Assembly (NCBI RefSeq): GCF_000226215.1
Contig: NZ_AGFF01000025.1
Coordinates: 38,374 to 62,373 of the forward strand
Direction of reading: 5' to 3'
From: Dietzia alimentaria 72
Lineage (GTDB): Bacteria > Actinomycetota > Actinomycetes > Mycobacteriales > Mycobacteriaceae
Length of the DNA stretch: 24,000 bases
Under the pieces are notes generated by a model. The model was not told the DNA's origin. It saw only the letters and a program-made list of their open reading frames with translations, and searched no databases. The position numbers were made by a program, and so were the translations under genes. Shown here one piece after another: positions 1-7,909 of the stretch (position 1 is the first letter of the stretch; every line of letters starts with the position of its first letter).

Positions 1-1662
1 GAGGATGGCGGTCTTGACCTGCTCCATCCGGGTGCGGGCGGCCATGGAACCGGAGGCGTCCACGCAGAAGAGGACCAGGTTGGACTCCCGGCCCTCGCGC
101 ACGGCAGAACGCAGGTCATCCCTGTTCAGGAGGAGGCGGCCGGTGTCGCGGCCGCGTCCGGACTGCCAGCGGGCGGCGGCGCGGATGGTGGCAGGCAGGT
201 GCAGGTCCGAGCCGGTGAAGGCGCCCGATCCGATGCGCCGGCCCGAGCTGGTGAGGGCTCGCGATCTGCGACCAGCCGCACCCTGTCCCGTTCCGGCGAC
301 ACTGAGCAGGCGGGTTCGATACGGGTCCGTGGCTGCCGAGACGGTCCCGCTGGAAGCAGCGCCGTCTTGACCTGAAGAGCCGTCGGCGGACGCGTCGGCC
401 GGGCCGTCGGCACTCTGGTCAGCGGGGTCGTCCGAGGGGTCGGCTTCCGCGCTGTCAGCGAACTCGGGGCTGGAGGAGTCGTCCCTCGGAGACTGCTCGG
501 TATCGGGGTCCTGCGCGGGGTCCTCCGCCGTCGCGTGCGGTGCGGGCTGCTCGGCGGAGGGGGCCTCCGACTCGCTCGGTGCGTCTGCGGCGTCGGACTG
601 GTTCGTGGAGTCGTCTCGGGCGGGGTCGCTGTCGGGCTCGGGATCGGGGTCGTCGTCGTCACCCAGGAGCCGGTCGAGCAGGTCTTCGTCGAGGCCCGGC
701 GCGTCGAACGGGGCGCGGCGTCGGCGGTGGGGCAGGGACATCCGCGCGGCGGCACGAATGTCGTCGCGGGTGATGCGGAGGCGACCGTGCCAGGCGGCGT
801 GGGCGGCGGCGGTGCGAGCGGTGACGATGTCGGCGCGCATGCCATCCACGTCGAATCCGGCGCAGACCCGCGCGATGGTGGCCAGCGCCCATGGTGACAT
901 GGGTACCTGCTCGACCAGCTCGCGCGCGGCGATGATCCGCTCACGCAGGGCGGCCTCGTCGGCGGCGAACGTCGCGGCGAAACCGGACGGATCGGACTCG
1001 TAGGCGATACGGCGGCGCACCACCTCGGCCCGAAGTTCAGGGTCGCGCGGGGCGGCCACCTCGACGGTTAACCCGAATCGGTCGAGCAGCTGCGGACGGA
1101 GCTCGCCTTCCTCGGGGTTCATGGTGCCGATCAGGACGAATCGCGCGGCATGGTCCACGGACACGCCGTCGCGTTCTACGGTCACGCGACCCATCGCGGC
1201 GGCGTCGAGCAGCAGGTCCACCACGTGGTCGTGCAGGAGGTTGACCTCGTCCACGTAGAGCAGGCCGCGGTGGGCGCGCGCGAGCAGGCCCGGCTCGAAG
1301 ACCGTCAGCCCCTCGGACAACGCACTCTGCAGATGTAGTGACCCCGTGATGCGGTCCTCGGACACGCCGATTGGTAGCTCGACCAGACGTACCGGTCGCT
1401 GCTCGACGGGGGCGTCCACTGCGATCCGGCCGTCGGGGGTATCGGTGCCGCGATGGTCCGGGGCAGAGGAGAAGCGATCGCCGGACACCACGTCGAGGGG
1501 CGGCAGGACGCCGGTGAGCGCACGCACCATGGTGGACTTGGCGGTGCCCTTCTCACCTCGGATGAGAACGCCACCTACCGACGGGGACACCGCGGTGAGG
1601 ATGAGCGCCAGCGCCATGTCGTCGGATCCGACGACCGCGCTGAAAGGATAGTGCTGTGGCAT
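1..1662 (-). CDS. ChlI/ChlD-type chelatase fusion (AAA+ ATPase, acidic Pro-rich linker, vWA domain); probable ATPase component of a CobN-dependent cobaltochelatase; C-terminus lies beyond the window
   Basis: Absent from the ORF track because it has no stop inside the window. I translated the reverse complement from ATG 1662 and the frame stays open to position 1. N-terminus is MPQHYPFSAVVGSDDMALALILTAVSPSVGGVLIRGEKGTAKST (ChlI/BchI start plus Walker A); LLYVDEVNLL is Walker B. An acidic D/E/P/S linker spans roughly 360-690. The vWA MIDAS start LVLFCVDASGSM lies at 25-60. GGGAG RBS 5 nt upstream of the ATG. Confidence 0.85.
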   Translation of the reverse strand, partial: MPQHYPFSAVVGSDDMALALILTAVSPSVGGVLIRGEKGTAKSTMVRALTGVLPPLDVVSGDRFSSAPDHRGTDTPDGRIAVDAPVEQRPVRLVELPIGVSEDRITGSLHLQSALSEGLTVFEPGLLARAHRGLLYVDEVNLLHDHVVDLLLDAAAMGRVTVERDGVSVDHAARFVLIGTMNPEEGELRPQLLDRFGLTVEVAAPRDPELRAEVVRRRIAYESDPSGFAATFAADEAALRERIIAARELVEQVPMSPWALATIARVCAGFDVDGMRADIVTARTAAAHAAWHGRLRITRDDIRAAARMSLPHRRRRAPFDAPGLDEDLLDRLLGDDDDPDPEPDSDPARDDSTNQSDAADAPSESEAPSAEQPAPHATAEDPAQDPDTEQSPRDDSSSPEFADSAEADPSDDPADQSADGPADASADGSSGQDGAASSGTVSAATDPYRTRLLSVAGTGQGAAGRRSRALTSSGRRIGSGAFTGSDLHLPATIRAAARWQSGRGRDTGRLLLNRDDLRSAVREGRESNLVLFCVDASGSMAARTRMEQVKTAIL

Positions 1663-1694
1663 AGGGGCTCCCGCTCTCGTCAGCCAGACTGGGC

Positions 1695-1832
1695 AGCGCG
1701 AGGCCGGTCTCCGGACTTCCCGACCCCTCCCGACGTCTGCGCTGTGCGCGTCGATCGAAAGGCGCGGGTCACCGTAGCGGGCCCTGTGCCGGATTCTCAC
1801 CGGCTTCCCTGATTCTCCCCTCCGGCCGCGTC
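1695..1832 (-). promoter_or_regulatory. Cobalamin (AdoCbl) riboswitch in the 5' leader of the chelatase gene
   Basis: Reverse complement of 1771-1820 reads GGGGAGAATCAGGGAAGCCGGTGAGAATCCGGCACAGGGCCCGCTACGGT, the conserved aptamer core. Reverse complement of 1702-1719 reads GAAGTCCGGAGACCGGCC, a perfect match to the B12-box consensus AGYCMGGAGACCKGCC. It lies immediately 5' of the chelatase RBS and ATG. Confidence 0.75.
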
Positions 1833-1940
1833 AAGCGGTCGTGGGGCACCTCGTGCTGTGGGTCTATTCGTTTGTGGTGTTCAGGCTACCCAGCCACTCC
1901 GACACGAAGCCCTCCGGCCTCGCCGGTAGTCTTCCGGCTC

Positions 1941-3209
1941 ATGAGCGCACAGGTGGTCGTGGTGGGCATCGGGGGCGACGGCTGGGACGGGCTCGACGAG
2001 GCTCGTCGCCGAGCTGTCGGCGCCGCCGGTGTGCTGCTCGGCGGGGAGCGTCATCTCGCGATGATCCCCGCCGGGATCGATGCCGTTCGGGAGCGCTGGC
2101 CCAGGCCGCTGCGGGCCGGTCTTGCTGAACTTCTCGAGCGCCACCGCGGGCGCCGGATAGTGGCGTTGGCCTCGGGCGATCCCCTTGTGGCCGGCGTGGC
2201 CACCACGCTGATCGACGTGCTCGGTGCCGATGCCGTAGAGGTGATGCCGGCGGTGTCCTCGGCGGCGCTCGCACGAGCCCGGATGCGCTGGCCCGCCGAG
2301 ACCTCGGTGGTTCTCCGCGATCACCGCGCCCTCGCCCGTGAACTCTCCCCGGGCCGCCGGATCCTCGTCCTGTCCGCCGACAGGCACACGCCCGCCGAGG
2401 TCGCCGCGATGCTCACCGCCGCCGGCTTCGGGGCGAGCGCCATGACCGTCCTGTCCGACTTGGGCGCCGCATCCGAGGCGCGCCAGACGTGCTCCGCGCG
2501 GGACTGGTCACCGGATCGGGTGGCCCCCGCGCTGCACGTGTTGGCCGTGGAATGCGCGGTCGGCGGCAGCGGGCTTCGCGGTAAAGGTCACGACGACGAC
2601 AACGCAGCCGCCCGCCCACTGGGCCTGGCCCCCGGACTTCCCGACGACGCGTTCCACAGCGACGGTCAGCTCACGCGCCGCGACCTGCGGGCCTCCGCCC
2701 TGTCCAGGCTCGCGCCTGCCGCCGGCCACCTGCTCTGGGACGTGGGCGCCGGGGCCGGCTCCGTGGGGATCGAGTGGATGCGGGCCCATCCGAGTTGCCG
2801 CACCGTGGCCGTTGAAGCCGATGCCACCCGCGCCGCGCGCATCGCCCGCAACGCCGCCACCCTCGGGGTCCCCGGGTTGGAGGTGGTCCACGGCAGGGCG
2901 CCCGATGCGCTGGCCGGGTTACCTCGTCCCGATGCGGTGTTCATCGGTGGGGGCGGCACAGCTGAGGGGCTTGTCAGACGGTGCTGGGAGGCGCTTGTGC
3001 CGGGCGGGCGGCTTGTCGCGCACGCGGTGACGCTGGAGACCGAGCGCGTGCTCCTGGACTCCCGCGCCGAGCTGGGGGGCGAACTGACGCGGCTCCACCT
3101 AGAGCACGCCGAGCCCATCGGCACCTTCACCGGCTGGGCTCCAGCGCGCGCGGTCGTGCAGTGGGCGGCCGTCAAGCCCTGGTCGACATCTGTAGAGGAG
3201 AGCTCGTGA
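1941..3209 (+). CDS. cobL: Precorrin-6Y C5,15-methyltransferase (decarboxylating), CbiE/CbiT fusion
   Basis: From ATG 1941: MSAQVVVVGIGGDGWDGL (CbiE-type start). C-terminal half has a SAM-methyltransferase motif, LWDVGAGAGSVGIEW, plus FIGGGG (CbiT-like). The ORF-track start at 1872 adds a non-conserved extension. The stop overlaps the cobM start. Confidence 0.85.
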   Translation: MSAQVVVVGIGGDGWDGLDEARRRAVGAAGVLLGGERHLAMIPAGIDAVRERWPRPLRAGLAELLERHRGRRIVALASGDPLVAGVATTLIDVLGADAVEVMPAVSSAALARARMRWPAETSVVLRDHRALARELSPGRRILVLSADRHTPAEVAAMLTAAGFGASAMTVLSDLGAASEARQTCSARDWSPDRVAPALHVLAVECAVGGSGLRGKGHDDDNAAARPLGLAPGLPDDAFHSDGQLTRRDLRASALSRLAPAAGHLLWDVGAGAGSVGIEWMRAHPSCRTVAVEADATRAARIARNAATLGVPGLEVVHGRAPDALAGLPRPDAVFIGGGGTAEGLVRRCWEALVPGGRLVAHAVTLETERVLLDSRAELGGELTRLHLEHAEPIGTFTGWAPARAVVQWAAVKPWSTSVEESS

Positions 3210-3964
3210 CCGTTCACTTTGTGGGTGCCGGACCCGGCGCTGCCGACCTGCTCACGCTCCGCGCCGCAGCGGCGCTGCGGGCGGCCGACGTGTGCCTCTA
3301 CGCCGGTACCTATCTGGACGGGGGCGTGCTCGAGCACTGCCGTCCCGAGGCGCGGCTAATCGACACCCAGTATCTCGATCTGGACGGCATTATCGCTGAG
3401 ATCACTGCCGCGCATTCAGACGGCCTGGACGTGGTCCGCCTGTGCTCGGGCGATCCGTCGCTGTACTCGGCGCTGGCGGAGCAGACCCGCCGGCTCGACG
3501 CCGCAGGTGTTCCCTGGGACGTGGTGCCGGGCGTGCCCGCGTACGCAGCAGCCGCTGCGGAACTCGGGGTGGAACTCACCGTGCCCGAGGTGGTGCAGTC
3601 GGTGGTGCTCACGCGTGTGCAGGCTCGGTCCACCGCTATGCCGTCGGCCGAGGCGCTGGAGAACTTTGCCGCAACCGGCGCCACCTTGGTGCTGCACCTG
3701 GCCATCACGCGGATCCGCGAACTCGCCGAACGCCTGGTGCCGACCCACGGTGCGGACTGCCCGGTGGCCGTGGTGGCCAACGCGAGCAGGCCGCACCGAG
3801 TGGAGCTGCGCGGCACACTCGCTGACATCGCGGACTCGGTTGAGGAAGCAGGTCTACGTCAGGCCGCGGTGATCCTTGTTAGCCGGGCACTCGAACGCCC
3901 GGGGCTCGCTGAGTCCTGGCTGTATGCCTCCGACCCCGAGCGGGCCGAAAAGCGGCGGAGGTAG
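3206..3964 (+). CDS. cobM: Precorrin-4 C11-methyltransferase
   Basis: GTG 3206 overlaps the cobL TGA (GTGA) with a GAGGAG RBS at 3195-3200. VTVHFVGAGPGAADLLTLRAAAALRAADVCLYAG is the tetrapyrrole-methylase N-terminal motif. CSGDPSLYSA and VPGVPAYAAAAA are typical CobM/CbiF blocks. Length of 252 aa is typical. Confidence 0.85.
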   Translation: MTVHFVGAGPGAADLLTLRAAAALRAADVCLYAGTYLDGGVLEHCRPEARLIDTQYLDLDGIIAEITAAHSDGLDVVRLCSGDPSLYSALAEQTRRLDAAGVPWDVVPGVPAYAAAAAELGVELTVPEVVQSVVLTRVQARSTAMPSAEALENFAATGATLVLHLAITRIRELAERLVPTHGADCPVAVVANASRPHRVELRGTLADIADSVEEAGLRQAAVILVSRALERPGLAESWLYASDPERAEKRRR

Positions 3965-4038
3965 CCACGGCTGCGGAACCTCGGAGTGAGAAGTCCCCGG
4001 GCCGGTCGGCGGGTGAGGTGCACCGAGTTCGTTGCTGA

Positions 4039-4905
4039 TCAGCCCCTGGCCGCACCGACCTTCCAGTAGCCGGAGAAGGTGACGGCCTTCTTGTCCATGC
4101 CGACTTCCTGGACGAGGTGGCGGCGAAGCGAGGTCGCCAGGCCGGATTCGCCGCAGACCCACGCGTAGTCGACGTCGCTCGTCGCGCTCGCGTCCGCGGT
4201 GAGGGCGGCCAACACCGCCGTTCCGGGCGCGGCGTCCCCCCGTTCGTGGACGGTGATCTCCGCGGGCAGGCCCGTGCCGGCGAGCGCCGCGGCGGACGGG
4301 GCTTCGACGTGCGCGGTCACGCCTTCGCCGAGCCCGTGCAGGCCGCGGCGTCCCCGCTCCTCGAGGATCGCCAGCAGCGCCGGGACCGCGGTTTCGTCGG
4401 CCACGAGTAGCTGTCGCCGGGCGTCGTAGGTTGTGTAGAGCGCGCCGCCTGAGCGGAATCCGACGCGGTCGCCGACATCGACCGTGGTGGCCCACACCGA
4501 TCCGGGACCCGTATCGCCGTGGGTAACGATGTCGACGTCGATCTCGCCCTGCGAGCAGCGTAGTTCGCGGATCGTGTACCACCGGAGGCCGGGCTGCGCC
4601 TCCTGCGGCATCTCCGCGATTGCTGCCCGGACGTTGACGCGGTTGGCGTCGGGCATGTGCAACTGACCGTCCGCGCCGGGCATGAGCAGGCCGAAGTACT
4701 CATCGGGACCGACGAGCGAGTACCGGGTGAACTCGGGTGCGGCCAAGGTGATCCGGCGCATCACCGGGTTGAGTTCACGGACACGTGCCACGGTCGCCTC
4801 GAATTGCGCCTGCCCGTCGCGTTCGGCCACGTCGGCCATGGTGTTGCGATACCACAGGCGTGCGGCGCCAAAGACGATCTTGTCTTTGAGTTGAGCGAGC
4901 TGCAT
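4039..4905 (-). CDS. Siderophore-interacting protein (SIP/ViuB/DesF-like FAD-dependent ferric-siderophore reductase)
   Basis: From ATG 4905 (GGGAG RBS); an alternative ATG is at 4839. ATVARVRELNPVMRRITLAAPEF, GPDEYFGLLMP, LRWYTIREL and THGDTGPGSVWA fit a FAD_binding_9-type barrel. The C-terminal block YAWVCGESGLATSLRRHLVQEVGMDKKAVTFSGYWKVG is the SIP domain signature. The ORF-track extension to 5403 overlaps the MFS gene and is spurious. Confidence 0.8.
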   Translation of the reverse strand: MQLAQLKDKIVFGAARLWYRNTMADVAERDGQAQFEATVARVRELNPVMRRITLAAPEFTRYSLVGPDEYFGLLMPGADGQLHMPDANRVNVRAAIAEMPQEAQPGLRWYTIRELRCSQGEIDVDIVTHGDTGPGSVWATTVDVGDRVGFRSGGALYTTYDARRQLLVADETAVPALLAILEERGRRGLHGLGEGVTAHVEAPSAAALAGTGLPAEITVHERGDAAPGTAVLAALTADASATSDVDYAWVCGESGLATSLRRHLVQEVGMDKKAVTFSGYWKVGAARG

Positions 4906-4960
4906 AGATACTCCCGTATTGAAAAGTGACAGAGGAAAATGAGGCCAGTGCCTCGCTTCG

Positions 4961-6199
4961 TCAGGCCGCCGTGACGCCATGGCGCTCCTGGTGGCGCGCG
5001 CCCAGGAAGGTCCCGAGGAGCACGAGGACGATCGCGGCGATGAGCACGCCCGTGTATCCGACGAACTGGGCGAGCGCCAACGCGAGGCCGGCAGCGATGA
5101 ACGAGATTGCGAGCGCGAACGAGGTGAGAACCGTGAAATCCGTCCCCGCGGAACCGATTCTCGAGTAGTCCATATTGATCGTGTAGACCACGACATTGGC
5201 CATGGCATAGGTCGCCATGAACAGGCACAGGGCCACCGGGGTCCAGAGGATCGACGCCGAACCCAGGGCGAGGGGAAGCAGGCCGAGCGAGGAGAACGCC
5301 AGGAGCACGCCACCGAGGATGAGGGTGCGCCTCCGGCCGAGCCTGGCCACCAGCCATCCCGCGCCGAGAGAGGTGAGCACCGCGGGGATCGAGGCGACGA
5401 CACCTGTGACGATCCCGATCCGCGTCAGGGACCACCCGGCGTCGACGAGGGCGGGGGAGACGATTGCGTATCCGACCGCGGCGCCGATGTAGTAGAGCGG
5501 TACAACGACGAAAGTCCAGCTCCTGCAGCCCGGCTGACGGAAGACGGTCAGCAGGTCGGAGTACCCGGGCCGCTCGAGCACGATGTCCCGCGCCGGCTCG
5601 CGATAGGCCACGACCAGCGCCAGTGCGGTGGCGGTGAGCGCCGCTAGTACGAGGATCGCGGCGACCCACCCGAAGCGGTCGTAGATGAGGACCACCAGGC
5701 CGCCGCCGACGACGCTGCCGAGGTAGTTTCCTCCGACCTGGATGCCATTGCCCAGGCCACGCTCTCCGGCGGTGAGTAAGCGCACCGCGAGCGCGTCCGC
5801 GGCGACGTCCTGCGTCGCCGAGAAGACGACGTACAGGGCGCAGATCACCATGACCGGGCCAAGGTTGTCCGACGGGTCGGTGAAGGGCGCCAGCGCCAGC
5901 AGCGAGAGGACCAGGCCGAGCTGCAACGGGATGAGCCACGAGCGGTAGTGCCCGAAGCGGCGACTGCCATACCTGTCGACGAGGGGGGCCCAGAGCAACT
6001 TCAGCGGCCAGATGATGCCGATCGTCTGGAGCAGGCCCAGTGTCGCGAGAGAGGTCCCGCCCTCTCGCAGGATCGCGACGAGACCGATCGTGAGAAACCC
6101 GACGCCCAGCCATTGGGTGAAGTAGAGCGCGGTGATCAGGGGAAATCTCTGTGACTCCCGGCGGACGGCGCCGTCGGGGACGGCGGTGGTGGTCGGCAT
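4961..6199 (-). CDS. MFS permease of the AmpG / RhtX-FptX type (candidate single-component siderophore transporter)
   Basis: From ATG 6199 (GAGGAG RBS). Multiple hydrophobic helices. Diagnostic block YFTQWLGVGFL...PLKLLWAPLVDRYGSRRFGHYRSWL resembles the AmpG/RhtX family loop motif (KxLWAPxxD...RRxW). Lies directly downstream of the iron-box promoter region and upstream of the SIP gene. Confidence 0.75.
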   Translation of the reverse strand: MPTTTAVPDGAVRRESQRFPLITALYFTQWLGVGFLTIGLVAILREGGTSLATLGLLQTIGIIWPLKLLWAPLVDRYGSRRFGHYRSWLIPLQLGLVLSLLALAPFTDPSDNLGPVMVICALYVVFSATQDVAADALAVRLLTAGERGLGNGIQVGGNYLGSVVGGGLVVLIYDRFGWVAAILVLAALTATALALVVAYREPARDIVLERPGYSDLLTVFRQPGCRSWTFVVVPLYYIGAAVGYAIVSPALVDAGWSLTRIGIVTGVVASIPAVLTSLGAGWLVARLGRRRTLILGGVLLAFSSLGLLPLALGSASILWTPVALCLFMATYAMANVVVYTINMDYSRIGSAGTDFTVLTSFALAISFIAAGLALALAQFVGYTGVLIAAIVLVLLGTFLGARHQERHGVTAA

Positions 6200-6308
6200 C
6201 GTGCGGGCTCCTCGGCGGTGCGGGTCAGGGGTCGGGCACGGTCGGGTCTCGGTGCGGCGCCCCTGCGGTGGTGCGCGCGCCCGGTGCATTAACCCGATCC
6301 CGCTATCG

Positions 6309-6347
6309 CTAGGTTAGGGTAGCCAACCCATAATAAGGCAACCCTAA
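6309..6347. promoter_or_regulatory. IdeR/DtxR-type iron box(es) in the divergent siderophore promoter region
   Basis: 6309-6327 CTAGGTTAGGGTAGCCAAC matches the 19-bp consensus TTAGGTTAGGCTAACCTAA at 14/19 positions. The adjacent 6329-6347 CATAATAAGGCAACCCTAA matches 11/19 (10/12 in the right half). Outer arms TTAGGGT (6314-6320) and ACCCTAA (6341-6347) are inverted. A CATAAT -10-like hexamer sits at 6329-6334. The site lies between MFS ATG 6199 and decarboxylase GTG 6365. Confidence 0.7.
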
Positions 6348-6364
6348 ATCCGAGGAGTTCCCGG

Positions 6365-7909
6365 GTGAACCAGCATCTCCTGACCCACGAGACTGCCGGC
6401 GAGTACGTCGCCGGCATGTCCCGCGTCACCGACCTCGTCGCGGCCCACCTGGCCGCCACCGCCCCGTCCACGGGCGCCACCGTCGCAGAACTGACCCCCG
6501 CTGTGGAGGCGATCGACCTCGACTGTCCCGCCACCGATCTGGACAGCGCCCTGTCCGAGGTGACCGATCTCTACCTCCGTGACGCGGTCTGGTTCCACCA
6601 TCCGTCCTACGTGGCCCATCTCAACTGCCCCGTCGCGCTTCCCGCGGTCCTGGCCGAGGCCATCCTGGCCGCGGTGAACACCTCGGTCGACACCTGGGAC
6701 CAGAGTGTCGGAGGCACTCTCATCGAGCAGCGGCTCGTGCGTTGGACCGCCGACCGTATCGGCTTCGGCACCGATGCTGACGGCGTCTTCACCAGCGGCG
6801 GCACGCAATCGAACCTGCAGGCGCTCGTCCTGGCCCGGGGTGAGGCGATGCGTGGCGCGTCCGCCGCTGTGCCTGATGGGCAGCAACGACTCCGGATCCT
6901 CGCGACCGAGCACAGCCACTTCAGTGTGGTGAAGTCCGCTCGCATCATGGGGCTGCGTCCCGACGCGGTCATCTCCGTACCCACCGACGAGACGGGCGGT
7001 ATGTCGCTTACGTCCCTCCGCGATGCCCTCGACTCCCTCCGTGACCGCGACGAGATCGCCATGGCTGTCGTCGTCACCGCGGGGACAACAGACCTCGGAG
7101 TGATCGACCCTGTCGCCGGAGCCGCCGACCTGTGCGCCGAGTACGGTGCCTGGCTGCACGTGGACGCGGCGTACGGCGGAGGACTCCTCGTCTCCTCCCG
7201 TCGTCGCCACCTGCTCGAAGGGATCGATCGCGCCGACTCGGTGACGGTCGACTTCCACAAGACCTTCTTCCAGCCGATCAGTTCCAGCGCGTTAATCGTG
7301 CGTCGCGCCGCCACCTTGGCGCACGTGACCCATCACGCGGATTACCTCAATCCCCGCACGGCGGTGTCGCCCAACCAGGTCGACAAATCCATGCAGACGA
7401 CGCGTCGCTTCGACGCGCTCAAGCTCTGGATGACCCTGCGGGTGACCGGCGCCGATGCTCTCGGCGAGATGTTCGACGAGGTGATCGACCGGGCCCACGA
7501 GGTGTGGGACGAGCTGCGCTCGGATGGGCGTTTCGAGGTGGCCACCGAGCCGACCCTGAGCACCGTCCTCATGCGCTACCGACCGGAGGGGGTCAGCGCC
7601 GAGGAGGCGGACCTTCTCAACCCCCGCATCCGTCACGCCCTGCTCGGCCGCGGCGACGTCATGGTCGCGGGCACTGTCATCGACGGCCGCAGCTGGCTGA
7701 AATTCACCCTGCTCAACCCGGGGACCCCGCTGGAGCACCTCCGCGGGATCCTCGAGACGATCGCCGAGACCGGGGACCAACTGTTGGCAGAGGACGCGGC
7801 GGACAACCGAGAGGTTGGTCGGTGGCGTTCCGCCCGCGACCAACGGGGGGTCGTTCGCCTCGCGCAGCGTCCGTCCGAGTTCGCCTCGACCGGGAAGCAG
7901 GTTCGCTGA
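6365..7909 (+). CDS. desA: PLP-dependent group II amino-acid decarboxylase (DesA/DfoJ-like; lysine, ornithine or diaminobutyrate decarboxylase supplying the diamine)
   Basis: GTG 6365 with a GAGGAG RBS 7 nt upstream. FTSGGTQSNLQALVLAR, HVDAAYGG and the PLP-lysine block SVTVDFHKTFFQPISSSALIV are group II decarboxylase motifs. The stop TGA overlaps the next ATG (TGATG, 7907-7911). Confidence 0.85.
   Translation: MNQHLLTHETAGEYVAGMSRVTDLVAAHLAATAPSTGATVAELTPAVEAIDLDCPATDLDSALSEVTDLYLRDAVWFHHPSYVAHLNCPVALPAVLAEAILAAVNTSVDTWDQSVGGTLIEQRLVRWTADRIGFGTDADGVFTSGGTQSNLQALVLARGEAMRGASAAVPDGQQRLRILATEHSHFSVVKSARIMGLRPDAVISVPTDETGGMSLTSLRDALDSLRDRDEIAMAVVVTAGTTDLGVIDPVAGAADLCAEYGAWLHVDAAYGGGLLVSSRRRHLLEGIDRADSVTVDFHKTFFQPISSSALIVRRAATLAHVTHHADYLNPRTAVSPNQVDKSMQTTRRFDALKLWMTLRVTGADALGEMFDEVIDRAHEVWDELRSDGRFEVATEPTLSTVLMRYRPEGVSAEEADLLNPRIRHALLGRGDVMVAGTVIDGRSWLKFTLLNPGTPLEHLRGILETIAETGDQLLAEDAADNREVGRWRSARDQRGVVRLAQRPSEFASTGKQVR

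Noticed and set aside
360-690. A long acidic, Pro/Ser/Asp-rich low-complexity tract that looks like a degenerate repeat
   Set aside because: It is in frame within the chelatase and corresponds to the acidic proline-rich linker normally found between the AAA+ and vWA domains of ChlD/BchD-type proteins. It is not an independent element.
126-944. A 272-aa minus-strand ORF, and several 77-132-aa ORFs on both strands across 5-1003, rich in Pro/Arg/Thr/Ser
   Set aside because: They are alternative frames of the chelatase gene, whose frame I verified as open from 1662 to 1. The compositions are typical off-frame translations of GC-rich coding DNA, with no recognisable motifs.
3965-4038. Looked for intrinsic terminators in the convergent gaps cobM/SIP (3965-4038), acyl-CoA ligase/bluB (20721-20766) and membrane protein/SRPBCC (17293-17323)
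   Set aside because: Only short imperfect stems (5 bp or fewer contiguous) without U-tracts were found. Nothing is comparable to the 15-bp hairpin at 17967-18002.
7132-7908. N-terminal extensions suggested by the ORF track: 7132 for the hydroxylase, 1872 for cobL, 2981 for cobM, 5403 for SIP, 6289 for MFS, 18916 for the secreted protein, 18987 for the acyl-CoA ligase, 21699 for bluB, 14616 for the oxidase
   Set aside because: The extensions overlap upstream genes or are Arg/Pro-rich with no homology. Internal starts coincide with the conserved family N-termini, RBS-like sequences and start/stop overlaps.
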